From NCBI GenBank assembly GCA_963803435.1, contig CAWDML010000001.1, positions 2,496,001 through 2,560,000 of the forward strand: a stretch of 64,000 bases of DNA, written 5' to 3'. How positions within the stretch are numbered: position 1 is the first letter of the stretch; each line of letters opens with the position of its first letter. This document shows positions 18,699 through 29,018 of this stretch, in pieces. Source of the DNA: an uncultured delta proteobacterium (lineage in GTDB: Bacteria > Myxococcota > Kuafuiibacteriia > Kuafuiibacteriales > Kuafuiibacteriaceae). Made by a program: the position numbers and the translations under genes. The notes under the pieces were generated by a model, which saw only the letters and a list, made by a program, of their open reading frames with translations, had not been told where the DNA came from and made no database searches.

Positions 18699-21377
18699 AT
18701 GTTGAATCGACGGACCGCAGGACATGCGACCCCCGCGCTCGCCCTTCTCGGGGCGCTGTTGATTTCGCCCAGCGCTGCGCTCGCCAAGCCCAAAGGCTCA
18801 GTGGTGGTTCAGAGCGTCGAGACGCGGACCACCGAGTTCGGACGCGAGGTGGTCATCCACACCTCGAAGGAGCCGACGTTCTCGGTCTTCCGCCTGTCCG
18901 AGCCGTTCCGCGTGCTGGTGGACATCAACGATGCGCGGCTGGAGAAGCCGATCGGGCTGCTCAAGGTGACGGACGGCGTGCTGCGGTACGTCTCGACCGA
19001 CGAGTTCTCCGACGAAACCTCAGCGGTCCTGCGCGTCGAGATCGCGCTCGAGGACGCCGCGCCGTACTCGGTGCAGCCGCACGGCAACTCGATCGTCGTG
19101 CTGATCGGGAGCGATCAGAAGAAGCTCGACTCGACGCAGAACCAGGATCCGGCGCCCGCGTTGACCGCAGCGCCGGCCGAGGTGGCGCCGGTGACGCTCG
19201 CGCACTTCTCCCGCAAGGGAACGACGCTCTCCGCGCAGATCCGCGCGGGCAAGCTGGTGAAGCAGGCCGTCTCCATCGAGGAGCTCGAGCACCCGAGCCG
19301 CCTGGTGGTGGACATCGCCAACGCCAGCGTCGAGCCCAAGTATCAGCGGGTGAAGCTGGGCGTGGCCGGCGTCTCGCGCGCGCGGGTCGCCAGCCGGAAG
19401 AACGGCGTGCGGATCGTGCTCGACGGCAAGCCGAACGAGATGCTCCCGAAGATCGACGTCGTCGAGGCGAAGGGCCGGCTCCAGATCGGGATGACCGCGC
19501 AGCGCCCGCACGTCGAGCCGCAGCCGGTGGCGGAGGCCGCGCCCCCGCCGAAGCCCGTCGCAACGCCGGTCGAGAAGGCGCCCGCGGTCATCGAGCCGGA
19601 GCCCGATCCCGAGCCCGAGGTGGTCGCCGAGGCGCCGGAGCCCCCGCCCGCCAAGAAGGGGACGATCCGCGTCGAGGACATCACGTTCGAGCCCAAGGAC
19701 GGGTTCATGCGGCTGACCCTGTTCCTCACGGGGAACGCCGAGGCCCTCACCGAGAAGATGAAGGACAGCGATGCGCCCCTCCTGCGGATCCCGCACGCGC
19801 AGCTGCCGACCACGCTGGAGCGGACGCTCGACGTCGCCGAGGTCGCGGGCTCCGTGGTCAGCGCCATCTCCTCCTACAACCACAACGGTGACGTGATCGT
19901 GTCCGCCGCCATCACCGAGGGGACCGAGCACCGGACCTGGACGAAGGGCAACCGGATCATGTGGGACTTCCGCAATCCCACGGCCACCACGGTCATCAAA
20001 TATCCGGAGGAGGCCACCTCCGGCTTCCCGGCCGAGGCCACCACCGCGCTCCAGTTCGCGGCGGAGGCCGCGCCCCAGGCCAAGCGCTACACGGGCCGGC
20101 GCATCTCGCTCGACCTCAAGGACGCCGAGATCCAGAACGTGCTCCGCCTGCTGGCCGACGTGTCGAAGCTGAACATCGTCGCGGCCGACGACGTCAAGGG
20201 TCGCGTCACGATCAAGCTCCGCAACGTGCCCTGGGATCAGGCCCTCGACATCATTCTCAGGTCGAAGCAGCTCGACAAGATCCGCAACGGCAACATCATC
20301 CGCGTGGCCCCGATCGAGGTCCTCCGCAAGGAAGAGGAGCTTCGGTTGGATCGCCAGAAGGCGCGCATCGAGCTGGAGCCCCTGGCCGTCCGCCTGATCC
20401 CGGTGAGCTACGCCGTCGCGAACGAGGTGAAGCCGCAGGTGACCGCCCTGCTCTCCACGCGCGGCAAGGTCAACATCGACGCGCGCACCAACGTCCTGAT
20501 CGTGGAGGACATCCCGGAGGTGCTGCTCAAGATCGAGCGCCTGGTCCGGACGCTCGACACACAGACGCCGCAGGTGCTGATCGAGGCCCGCATCGTCGAG
20601 GCGCGCGCCAACTTCGCCCGGCAGCTCGGCATCCAGTGGGGCGGTCAGGTGAACGCGACCCAGCAGTTCGGTACCCAGACCGGCCTCACCTTCCCGTCGG
20701 ACATCCGGATCGCGGGCGGCGCGGACGACGCGCAGAACAACGTCACCGAGGGCGTGAGCGGCAACCCGAACTACGCGGTCAACCTCCCGGCGGTGGTCGG
20801 GTCGGGCGGCGGCGGCGCGCTGGGCTTCGTGTTCGGATCGGTGGGCGGCGCCTCGCTGATCAACCTCCGGCTCTCGGCGGCCGAATCGACCGGCAAGATC
20901 AAGGTGATCTCGGCGCCGCGCGTCGTCACCCTCGACAACAAGGAGGCGAAGATCCTCTCCGGCGAGCGCGTCCCGATCACCGTGATCACCGCGAACGGCC
21001 CCACCACCCGGTTCATCGACGCGAACCTCGAGCTCAACGTCACGCCGCACGTGACCCAGGACGGCTCGGTGCTGCTCAAGATCACCGCCTCCAACAACCA
21101 GCTGTCGAACCGCGTCGACCTCCTCGGCGTCCCCGGCATCATCACCCGCGAGGCCAACACGGAGATGATCGTGGGAGACGGTGATACCGCGGTGCTCGGT
21201 GGGATCTATCAGCGCAACACGCAGGAGAACGAGTCGTACGTGCCGTGGATCGGCCAGATCCCGGTGCTCGGCTGGCTCTTCAAGACGACCAGCCGCACCG
21301 ACGCGCGGGACGAGCTCCTGATCTTCATCTCGCCCCGGATCATCAACCGCTCCGCAGCGCTGGTGAACGCAGGTTGA
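18699..21377 (+). CDS. pilQ: Type IV pilus secretin PilQ with AMIN-like N-terminal domains
   Basis: Signal peptide; AMIN-like repeats; YTGRRISLDLKDAEI; VPWDQALD; QVLIEARIVE; IPVLGWLFK..ELLIFISPRII. Confidence 0.97.
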   Translation: MLNRRTAGHATPALALLGALLISPSAALAKPKGSVVVQSVETRTTEFGREVVIHTSKEPTFSVFRLSEPFRVLVDINDARLEKPIGLLKVTDGVLRYVSTDEFSDETSAVLRVEIALEDAAPYSVQPHGNSIVVLIGSDQKKLDSTQNQDPAPALTAAPAEVAPVTLAHFSRKGTTLSAQIRAGKLVKQAVSIEELEHPSRLVVDIANASVEPKYQRVKLGVAGVSRARVASRKNGVRIVLDGKPNEMLPKIDVVEAKGRLQIGMTAQRPHVEPQPVAEAAPPPKPVATPVEKAPAVIEPEPDPEPEVVAEAPEPPPAKKGTIRVEDITFEPKDGFMRLTLFLTGNAEALTEKMKDSDAPLLRIPHAQLPTTLERTLDVAEVAGSVVSAISSYNHNGDVIVSAAITEGTEHRTWTKGNRIMWDFRNPTATTVIKYPEEATSGFPAEATTALQFAAEAAPQAKRYTGRRISLDLKDAEIQNVLRLLADVSKLNIVAADDVKGRVTIKLRNVPWDQALDIILRSKQLDKIRNGNIIRVAPIEVLRKEEELRLDRQKARIELEPLAVRLIPVSYAVANEVKPQVTALLSTRGKVNIDARTNVLIVEDIPEVLLKIERLVRTLDTQTPQVLIEARIVEARANFARQLGIQWGGQVNATQQFGTQTGLTFPSDIRIAGGADDAQNNVTEGVSGNPNYAVNLPAVVGSGGGGALGFVFGSVGGASLINLRLSAAESTGKIKVISAPRVVTLDNKEAKILSGERVPITVITANGPTTRFIDANLELNVTPHVTQDGSVLLKITASNNQLSNRVDLLGVPGIITREANTEMIVGDGDTAVLGGIYQRNTQENESYVPWIGQIPVLGWLFKTTSRTDARDELLIFISPRIINRSAALVNAG

Positions 21378-21378
21378 A

Positions 21379-22911
21379 GTGCTCGGCTTCGTCCTCTCGG
21401 GGCCACCCGGCGTGGGTAAGTCCACCGTCGCCCCGAAGGCGGCCGCGCGGCTCGGTCTGACAGCACTGGATCTGGACCACGTGATCGAAGAACGCGAGAA
21501 GAGATCGCCCGCGGAGATCATCCGGACCGAAGGCGAAGCGGCGTTCCGCGAGGCGGAGCGGGCGGCCTTGGCCTCGATCGATCGACCGGCGCTGATCGCG
21601 CTGGGCGGCGGCACGCTCACCCACGCTCCCTCGCGGCGGGCGGCGCGGCGGGATCGGCCCGTGATCGGGTTGGTGGCGGAGACACTGGTACTCGAGGCGC
21701 GGCTCCGGGAGGGCGGCGATTGGCCGCTCCTCGCGGGCGGCCTGGACGCCCTGATGACCGCGCGCGCACGGACGTATCGAGCGGTCGATCGGCGGATCGA
21801 CGCCAACCGACCGGTCGCGCAGGTGGTGGACGCCGTCGCCGAGGCGGCGGGTGGGCTCGAGATCATCACCGCCCGGATTGGCGCCGACGAGACGCGGGTG
21901 GTCGTGGGCTCGGACCTCGCCGACGCATGCGCGGGCGCCGTGGCGGCGCTCGAACCCGGGCGTCCGGTGATGGTGGTGGTGGACGAAGGCGTCCCTGCCC
22001 CGGCCGTCGAGCCGTACCTGTCCGCGATCGGCGGCGTCGCGCCGGTGGTGCCGCTCCGCGTCTCCGGCGGCGAGCCGATCAAGACGTGGGACCAGCTGGG
22101 CGCCCTCCTCGAGCGTGGGATCGCCGCCGGGTGCGGGCGGCAGAGCGTGGTCGTCGGGATCGGCGGGGGCGCCACCACGGATCTCACCGCCCTGGCCGCC
22201 GGCCTGCTGGGACGCGGGGCGCCGGTGGTGCTGGTGCCGACGACGCTCCTCGCCCAGGTCGACGCGTCCGTCGGCGGCAAGACCGCCGTCAACCTGGGCG
22301 GCCGAAACCTGGTCGGGACCTTCCACCCGGCGACGGACGTCCTGATCGACGTGGCCCTCACCGGCACCCAGCCGGAGGCCGACTACCGCTCCGGGCTGGC
22401 GGAGATCCTGAAGATCGCCCTGATCGCCGACCCGATGCTGTTCGAGCAGATCGTCCGGGAGCGACGGGCCTCGTCCGAGAGCATCGCGCGGGCCGTCGCC
22501 CACAAGGCGCGGATCGTCGAGCAGGACCCCTGGGAGGCGGGGCTGCGGAAGGTGCTGAATCTGGGACATACCCTGGCGCACGCCCTCGAGGCGGCCAGCG
22601 ACTACTCCATGCGACACGGGGAGGCCGTCGCCGTCGGCCTCGCCGCCATCGCGCGATTCTCAGCGCTTCGAGGCTGGCTCTCGAGCGCCGATGCACAGCG
22701 GATCCTCGAGGCCCTCCGGGCGCTCGAGCTGCCTGCGTCCGCCCCGCACGACCTGTTGGTCGCGGCGGGGGGACATATCAAAGCCGACAAGAAAGGGACG
22801 AAGGACGAGATCGATCTCATCGCACTCCGGGCCGTGGGCAGCGTGACCATTGAACGGTTACCATGGGCCGAGGTGCATTCCGAGCTCGTCCGATGTGGAG
22901 GAGAAACATGA
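21379..22911 (+). CDS. aroKB: Fused shikimate kinase / 3-dehydroquinate synthase
   Basis: GPPGVGKST, GEAAFREAE, ALGGG, then GGGATTDL, PTTLLAQVDASVGGKT, LNLGHTLAHA, HGEAVAVG. Confidence 0.92.
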   Translation: MLGFVLSGPPGVGKSTVAPKAAARLGLTALDLDHVIEEREKRSPAEIIRTEGEAAFREAERAALASIDRPALIALGGGTLTHAPSRRAARRDRPVIGLVAETLVLEARLREGGDWPLLAGGLDALMTARARTYRAVDRRIDANRPVAQVVDAVAEAAGGLEIITARIGADETRVVVGSDLADACAGAVAALEPGRPVMVVVDEGVPAPAVEPYLSAIGGVAPVVPLRVSGGEPIKTWDQLGALLERGIAAGCGRQSVVVGIGGGATTDLTALAAGLLGRGAPVVLVPTTLLAQVDASVGGKTAVNLGGRNLVGTFHPATDVLIDVALTGTQPEADYRSGLAEILKIALIADPMLFEQIVRERRASSESIARAVAHKARIVEQDPWEAGLRKVLNLGHTLAHALEAASDYSMRHGEAVAVGLAAIARFSALRGWLSSADAQRILEALRALELPASAPHDLLVAAGGHIKADKKGTKDEIDLIALRAVGSVTIERLPWAEVHSELVRCGGET

Positions 22912-23810
22912 GAAAGCTGGCTGCAGGTTTGGGCTGCGTGGTGGCCGCCGCATTGGCCGGGTGCGACGCACCGGGCAGCGCGCTGGTCATCGAGCGGGTC
23001 ATCGTTCCGACCACGATGCAAGACATGATGACAGGGGCGACGAGCTGCGAGTGGAAGTCGGGCGGCTCCGACAGCGCGGCCAACATCGTGCTCGACGTCG
23101 CGCAGCAGCTGACGCTCTTCCTGGTGCTCGACGTGGCCAACACGCTCCAGCCATCGGAGGCGGTGATCGACACCAACCCGGACATCACGCTCAAGCACCC
23201 TCAATCGGTGAACCCGCTGCGGTTCGACTATCGCTGGGAGTGCGACTCGATCGGCTTCTCCTCCGATCTCGGCCCGCTCTTCCTCCCCCAGTTCTCGGTC
23301 AACCAGCCCTTCTGTCTCGACAATCGAGACGCCACCGGGGGCGACTTCGTCGGCTTCGACGTCATTCCCGCGACGGGCGGCTTGATACCGGCGGCGGGCA
23401 CGGGCTCCGTGGAGATCCGGCCGGTGCCGGCCCCGCTCGGGCTCGCGATGTACGACATGTTCACGCTGGCCGCGCTGGCGCAGACGTGTTGTGCCTCCAC
23501 CGACGGCTGCGGCGGCGTGGAGAACGGCGCCAATCAGGAGTGCATCCGCCTGCAGACGTTCTTCAACGACGTCGGCATCCTCCAGAATCAGACGGAGGCC
23601 GCGCAGCGGTACCGACCCTTCTCTCTGTTCGACGGCGCGACGCCGCCGACCCAGGGTACGGCCCTCCCGACGCCCACGTACGAGCTGCGGATCCGGGGCG
23701 TGCTCGAGGGCGTGACGAACGCGGGTCAGACCGTCACCTCGAACGACTGGTCGCAGGACATCCAGCTCGGGCGCAACACCAACTACCCGGCCAACCCCTG
23801 CTTCGAGTGA
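22908..23810 (+). CDS. Cys-rich lipoprotein of unknown function
   Basis: Lipobox LAGC after RBS GGAGGAG; overlaps the aroKB stop; codon usage typical of the genome. Confidence 0.75.
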   Translation: MRKLAAGLGCVVAAALAGCDAPGSALVIERVIVPTTMQDMMTGATSCEWKSGGSDSAANIVLDVAQQLTLFLVLDVANTLQPSEAVIDTNPDITLKHPQSVNPLRFDYRWECDSIGFSSDLGPLFLPQFSVNQPFCLDNRDATGGDFVGFDVIPATGGLIPAAGTGSVEIRPVPAPLGLAMYDMFTLAALAQTCCASTDGCGGVENGANQECIRLQTFFNDVGILQNQTEAAQRYRPFSLFDGATPPTQGTALPTPTYELRIRGVLEGVTNAGQTVTSNDWSQDIQLGRNTNYPANPCFE

Positions 23811-23817
23811 TGCCCCT

Positions 23818-24186
23818 GTGAACGAGCTCAGAGAGCCGCTCGAGAGCATCGTGGACGCGCTGGCCGGGGGCGCGTTCGCGGCCAGCATCATGGGGATGGA
23901 TGGACTCCCCGTCGATGCGATCGAGCGCGACTCCGGCGACGTCGACGTCTCGGCGCTCCTGGTCGAGTTCTCGTCCCTCCTCATCCAGGTGCAAAAGAGC
24001 GCGCAGATGTTCGCCGCGGGCGATCTCGAGGAGCTCGCCATCCGGTCCGAGCACCTCACCACGATCATCCGTCCCATCAACGAGGAGTACCTGCTCTGTC
24101 TGGCGCTCCATCCGGAGGCCAACTTCGGCAAGGGCCGCTACCTCCTCCGCGTCCACGCGCCCAAGCTGGCCACGTTCCTCTCGTGA
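23818..24186 (+). CDS. mglC: Roadblock/LC7 protein, MglC-like
   Basis: AASIMGMDGLPV..LALHPEANFGKGRYLLR; position between the pilQ region and efp matches M. xanthus mglC. Confidence 0.8.
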   Translation: MNELREPLESIVDALAGGAFAASIMGMDGLPVDAIERDSGDVDVSALLVEFSSLLIQVQKSAQMFAAGDLEELAIRSEHLTTIIRPINEEYLLCLALHPEANFGKGRYLLRVHAPKLATFLS

Positions 24187-24647
24187 CACGCGTGGGCCTC
24201 GTCTCCGTCGTCCACGGTCCGAACCTCAACCTGCTGGGTACCCGCGAACCGGCCGTGTACGGAACCGCCACGCTCGACGACATCCATCAGGCGCTCCTGG
24301 CGCTGGCGCCGTCGCTCGGGGTCGAGGTCGAGACGTTTCAGTCGAACCACGAGGGTGCGCTGGTCGACCACTTGCAGGGCTGTCGCGGCCGCGTTGACGC
24401 AGTGCTTCTCAACGCGGCTGCATACACGCACACCTCCGTCGCGATCCGCGACGCAATCGCTGCTCTTCGCCCGCCGTTGCTGGTCATCGAGGTCCACCTC
24501 TCGGTCCCCGAGGCGCGGGAGCCGTTCCGTCGAACCAACCTCCTCACAGGCGTGGTAGACGGCCGGATCGCGGGGTTCGGAGCGCTCTCTTATGTTCTTG
24601 CGCTCAGGGCCGCATCGACGCTAATCGCGTCGCGTGGCAACGGTTGA
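24183..24647 (+). CDS. aroQ: Type II 3-dehydroquinate dehydratase
   Basis: HGPNLNLLGTREPAVYG, QSNHEG, NAAAYTHTSVAIRDA, IEVHLS. Confidence 0.96.
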   Translation: MTRVGLVSVVHGPNLNLLGTREPAVYGTATLDDIHQALLALAPSLGVEVETFQSNHEGALVDHLQGCRGRVDAVLLNAAAYTHTSVAIRDAIAALRPPLLVIEVHLSVPEAREPFRRTNLLTGVVDGRIAGFGALSYVLALRAASTLIASRGNG

Positions 24648-25215
24648 CACCAGCGAATTCCGCAAAGGGCTGAAGCTGATCCACAACAATCAGCCCTTCA
24701 CGATCATCGAGTTCCAGCACGTGAAGCCCGGCAAGGGCAACGCCTTCACCCGGACCAAGATCAAGAACCTCGTCACGGGGTCGCTGCTGGAGGTGACGTA
24801 CAAGTCCGGTGAAAAAGTAGATGCCGCCGACGTGGAGGAGAAGAAGATGCAGTTCCTCTACGCCGAAGCGGACATGTACCACTTCATGGACCAGAAGACG
24901 TACGACCAGGTCGAGATCCCCAAGGACGGCGTGGGTGACGCGGCGCAGTGGCTGCTGCCGGACACGCTCTGCGACATCATCTTCTGGAACGGCCGTTCCA
25001 TCTCGGTCTCGATCCCCTCGCACATGGAGTTCACGATCACGCACTGCGAGCCGGGGGTCCGTGGGGACACGGCGACGAACGTAACCAAGCCGGCCACCGT
25101 CGAGAGCGGCGCCATCGTCAACGTGCCGCTGTTCATCAACACCGGGGACCGGATCAAGGTCGACACCGAGTCCGGCAAGTACCTCGAGCGCACGGCAATC
25201 GGGAGCGGCTCCTGA
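24634..25215 (+). CDS. efp: Elongation factor P
   Basis: [38 protein letters not shown]. Confidence 0.97.
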   Translation: MATVDTSEFRKGLKLIHNNQPFTIIEFQHVKPGKGNAFTRTKIKNLVTGSLLEVTYKSGEKVDAADVEEKKMQFLYAEADMYHFMDQKTYDQVEIPKDGVGDAAQWLLPDTLCDIIFWNGRSISVSIPSHMEFTITHCEPGVRGDTATNVTKPATVESGAIVNVPLFINTGDRIKVDTESGKYLERTAIGSGS

Positions 25216-25745
25216 TGGCGACCAAGCGCCCCGCCAAGACGGCCCCCAAGGCTCCCGCGAAGAAGGTGGTGCCCGCGCCGGCGACGGACGCCCGGATGGA
25301 TCGGCTCAAGAGGCTGGTCGGGATCCTGGAGGGCTCCTCGCTGGCCTCGCTCGAGTACGAAGACAGCGACATGGCCGTGAAGCTGTCCCGGGCCCACGCC
25401 AACGGTCAGTCGGGGCACGTGGTGTCGGCTCCGGTCGTGACGGCGCCCCCGCCATCGTCCGAGGCTCCGGCTCCGGACGCCGCCGAGACCGCTGGGGCGA
25501 ACCTCTACGTGGTAAAGTCACCGTTCGTGGGCACGTTTTATCGCTCGCCCTCCCCCGATCAGCCCTCATTCACGGACGTCGGCCAGCAGGTCGTCAAAGG
25601 ACAGACGCTATGCATCGTAGAAGCGATGAAGCTGATGAACGAGATCGAGTCGGAGGTCGCGGGAACGGTCGTGGCCGTACTGGTCGAGAATGGCCAGGCC
25701 GTACAGTACCACGACCCCCTGTTCAGGATCGCAGCCCAAGGGTGA
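25215..25745 (+). CDS. accB: Acetyl-CoA carboxylase biotin carboxyl carrier protein
   Basis: [13 protein letters not shown]; [10 protein letters not shown] biotinylation motif. Confidence 0.96.
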   Translation: MATKRPAKTAPKAPAKKVVPAPATDARMDRLKRLVGILEGSSLASLEYEDSDMAVKLSRAHANGQSGHVVSAPVVTAPPPSSEAPAPDAAETAGANLYVVKSPFVGTFYRSPSPDQPSFTDVGQQVVKGQTLCIVEAMKLMNEIESEVAGTVVAVLVENGQAVQYHDPLFRIAAQG

Positions 25746-27085
25746 TCAAGAAGATCCTCATCGCCAATCGCGGTGAGATCGCTCTCCGCATCATCCGCGC
25801 CGCCCGCGAGCTCGACATCCAGACGGTGGCCGTTCACTCCTCCGCCGACGCCGAGTCGCTGCACGTGAAGTTCGCGGACGAGTCGGTCTGCATCGGACCG
25901 CCCTCGCCCACCGAGAGCTATCTCAACATTCCGGCGATCATCGCCGCCGCCGAGGTGACCGCGGCCGACGCGATCCACCCGGGCTACGGCTTCCTCTCCG
26001 AGAACGCCACCTTCGCCGAGATCTGCGCGGCCTGCGGCTTCCACTTCATCGGTCCCGACGCCCGTTCCATCAAGATGATGGGCGACAAGATCGAGGCCCG
26101 ACGCGCGATGACCAGCGTCGGGCTGATGTCGCTCCCCGGATCGGACGGGGCGATCGAGGATCCCAAGCAGGCGATCGCGCTCGCGGACAAGATCGGCTTC
26201 CCGCTGATCATCAAGGCCGCAGCGGGTGGCGGCGGACGCGGGATGAAGATCGTCCGCGAGCCCAGCAAGCTGAAGGACCAGATCGCGATCGCGCAGCGCG
26301 AGGCCAGCCTCGCGTTCGGCAGCGAAGCGATCTACATGGAGCGGTTCATCGAGCACCCGCGGCACATCGAGTTCCAGATCGTCGCCGACGAGCACGGACA
26401 CGTGGTGCACCTGGGCGAGCGCGAGTGCTCGGTCCAGCGGCGCTACCAGAAGCTCATCGAAGAGTCGCCCTCCCCCGCCCTGACGGAGGAGAAACGGGCC
26501 GCCGTGGGCGCCCGGATCGTCGGGGCGCTGGAGCAGCTGGGCTACCGCAATGTGGGGACCATCGAGCTCCTCATGGACGAGGACGGCGAGCTCTACTTCA
26601 TGGAGATGAACACCCGGATCCAGGTGGAGCATCCGGTCACCGAGATGGTGGTCGGGATGGACCTGCTCCGGCTCCAGATCCAGCTCTCCTGCGGCCTCGA
26701 GCTCCCGTTCGCCCAGAAGGACGTGGAGATGCGCGGCCACGCGATCGAGTGCCGCATCAACGCCGAGCATCCGGAGCGGTTCACTCCCAGCCCCGGCACG
26801 ATCTCGACCTATCACGTGCCGGGCGGCCACGGCGTCCGCGTCGACTCGCACGTGACCACCGGGACGCTGATCGAGCCCTACTACGACTCGCTGATCGCGA
26901 AGCTGATCGTGCGCGACTTCGATCGCGGGCACGCCGTCCGGCGTATGCAGACCGCCCTCCGCGAGTTCATCGTCGAGGGAATCGACACCAACATCGCCTT
27001 CCACAGGAAGCTGCTGGCCCGCGAGGATTTCCTCTCCGGGAAGTACGACACGACGATCGTCTCGCGCTTCCTCGAAGGCGCCTGA
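25742..27085 (+). CDS. accC: Biotin carboxylase
   Basis: [48 protein letters not shown]. Confidence 0.97.
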   Translation: MIKKILIANRGEIALRIIRAARELDIQTVAVHSSADAESLHVKFADESVCIGPPSPTESYLNIPAIIAAAEVTAADAIHPGYGFLSENATFAEICAACGFHFIGPDARSIKMMGDKIEARRAMTSVGLMSLPGSDGAIEDPKQAIALADKIGFPLIIKAAAGGGGRGMKIVREPSKLKDQIAIAQREASLAFGSEAIYMERFIEHPRHIEFQIVADEHGHVVHLGERECSVQRRYQKLIEESPSPALTEEKRAAVGARIVGALEQLGYRNVGTIELLMDEDGELYFMEMNTRIQVEHPVTEMVVGMDLLRLQIQLSCGLELPFAQKDVEMRGHAIECRINAEHPERFTPSPGTISTYHVPGGHGVRVDSHVTTGTLIEPYYDSLIAKLIVRDFDRGHAVRRMQTALREFIVEGIDTNIAFHRKLLAREDFLSGKYDTTIVSRFLEGA

Positions 27086-27088
27086 TCG

Positions 27089-28249
27089 TTGATCACGGTC
27101 GTCCATCTCATCACCAAGCTCGAGCTGGGCGGCGCCCAGGAGAACACGCTCCATACCTGCCGACGGCTCGATCGCAGCCGCTTTCGCGTGGCGTTGATCT
27201 TCGGCCCGGGCGGGCTCCTCGACGACGACGCGCACGCCTTGTCCGACGCCCAGATCATCGAGGTGAGCGAGCTCGTTCGACAGGTGAGCCCGCTCGAGGA
27301 CGCCGCCTGCGTGGCGCGCCTGACGCACGAGCTCCGCCGCCTCCGCGCCGAGCACGCTCGGCTGGGGCTCGACGAGCGGAGCTTCATCGTTCACACGCAC
27401 AGCTCGAAGGCCGGCGTGGTGGGACGCCTGGCGGCTGCGCGCGCAGGGGTCCCGAAGGTGGTCCACACCATCCACGGGTTCGGCTTCCACCCGGGCCAGC
27501 ATCCGCTGAAGCACGCCGTGTTCCTCAACGCCGAGCGCATCGCGGCCCGCGTCACCGACGCCTTCATCGGCGTCTCGCGGGCCAACCTGGCCGAGGCGCG
27601 GGCCAAGGGGATCATCAAGGCTCGCCATCGGGCGGAGCTCATCCGCTCGGGGATGGACCTCGGGCAGTTCAAGGGTCTCGACGGCCGGCGCACCGCCGCG
27701 CGGGCGGCGCTGGGCCTGGCGCCGGACGACGAGGCGATCGTCTGCATCGGCAACTTCAAGCCGCAGAAGGATCCGGTGACGCTGGTGTCGGCGATGCAGA
27801 TCCTTGCGCGGTCCCGGCCGCGGGCCGTGCTGCTGTTCGCGGGCGACGGCGGGCTCCGACCCGAGGTCGAGCGTGCGATCCTGCAGGCTGAGCTCACAGA
27901 CAAGGTCCGCCTCCTCGGCTGGCGCCGCGACATTCCGGAGCTGCTGGCCGCCGCCGACGTGGTGGCGCTCAGCTCCATCTTCGAGGGCCTCCCGCGCTCC
28001 GCGGTGCAGGCGGTGGCGGCGCGCCGCACCTTCGTCGGCACCCGCGTCGACGGCACCTCCGAGATCATCCACGACGGCCGTAACGGGTACCTGGTGGAGC
28101 CGCGGGATCCCGAGGCGCTGGCGAAGATGCTGGCGCTGGCGTTGCTGGTCCGGCCGATCGATCCCGCCGACGAGCAGCGGATCCTCGAGTGGGACGCCGA
28201 CCGCATGGTGGAGGCGCAGGAGCGGCTCTACCGCGAGCTCGTGGGCTGA
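27089..28249 (+). CDS. GT4-family glycosyltransferase
   Basis: LELGGAQENT, VHTHSSKAG, HTIHG, FKPQKD, FEGLPRS. Confidence 0.92.
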   Translation: MITVVHLITKLELGGAQENTLHTCRRLDRSRFRVALIFGPGGLLDDDAHALSDAQIIEVSELVRQVSPLEDAACVARLTHELRRLRAEHARLGLDERSFIVHTHSSKAGVVGRLAAARAGVPKVVHTIHGFGFHPGQHPLKHAVFLNAERIAARVTDAFIGVSRANLAEARAKGIIKARHRAELIRSGMDLGQFKGLDGRRTAARAALGLAPDDEAIVCIGNFKPQKDPVTLVSAMQILARSRPRAVLLFAGDGGLRPEVERAILQAELTDKVRLLGWRRDIPELLAAADVVALSSIFEGLPRSAVQAVAARRTFVGTRVDGTSEIIHDGRNGYLVEPRDPEALAKMLALALLVRPIDPADEQRILEWDADRMVEAQERLYRELVG

Positions 28250-28253
28250 GACC

Positions 28254-29018
28254 TCAGAGCATCTCTCTGCGGGAGAGGATGGCCGTGGCCAGCAGGACCA
28301 GGCAGGCCGCGTAGACGACGCCGTAGCCGATCGAGATCGCGAAGTCCGAGAGCGCCACGGCGTGCTGATGGATGACGGAGGTTCGGAAGTCGAGGCGGGC
28401 AAAGTTGGGCAGCAGGTAGTACAGGAGCTCCACCACGAGCTTGGTCGGCTCCTCCGCCTTCTTGGTCAGACCGATGAGGTCGTCGGTGCTGGCGGCGGCC
28501 ACCCAGAACCCGAGCCCGAGACCGGTGCTGAGCATGGGCGTCGAGAAGCAAGACAGCATCAGCCCGAAGCCCGCCAGGATCGCCGACTCGGGCAGAATGG
28601 CGGCCAGCGCGAAGACATCGCCTCGGCTCGGCGTCCCCCGCACCATGCTGAGCACCAGGAGAAAGACGATCGAGAATCCGATCAGCGCGATCGAGAGCGA
28701 GGTCATGAGCCCCAGGTAACGTCCGATCACGTACTTCCACCGCTGTACCGGACGCGTCAGCACCACGAAGAGCGTCTTGCGATCGATCTCCTGATGGATC
28801 AGCGAGACCGAGAGCAGCAACGCCATCAGGTCGACCGCCAGCGTCACGCCCGAGAGGCCGATGCTGCGGACGACCCGGTCCGAGCGGCCGAAGGTGATGT
28901 CGGCGACCACCATCGAGAAGAGCAGCATCCCGAAGCCGAAGACGGCCACGTTGAAGAACAGGCGCTCGCGCATCGCCTGTCGAAGGGTGTTCCGGGCAAT
29001 GATGAAGATAGAGCTCAC
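28254..29018 (-). CDS. pilI: ABC permease PilI
   Basis: IARNTLRQAMRER, EIDRKTLFVVLTRPV..GRYLG, multiple TM segments; follows pilGH. Confidence 0.88.
   Translation of the reverse strand: MSSIFIIARNTLRQAMRERLFFNVAVFGFGMLLFSMVVADITFGRSDRVVRSIGLSGVTLAVDLMALLLSVSLIHQEIDRKTLFVVLTRPVQRWKYVIGRYLGLMTSLSIALIGFSIVFLLVLSMVRGTPSRGDVFALAAILPESAILAGFGLMLSCFSTPMLSTGLGLGFWVAAASTDDLIGLTKKAEEPTKLVVELLYYLLPNFARLDFRTSVIHQHAVALSDFAISIGYGVVYAACLVLLATAILSRREML

Noticed and set aside
19020-22367. 1115-aa minus-strand ORF, and similar long ORFs at 25559..28402, 37590..40145, 10636..12525 and 45371..47488
   Set aside because: Antisense shadows of well-supported genes in high-GC DNA; no recognisable motifs.
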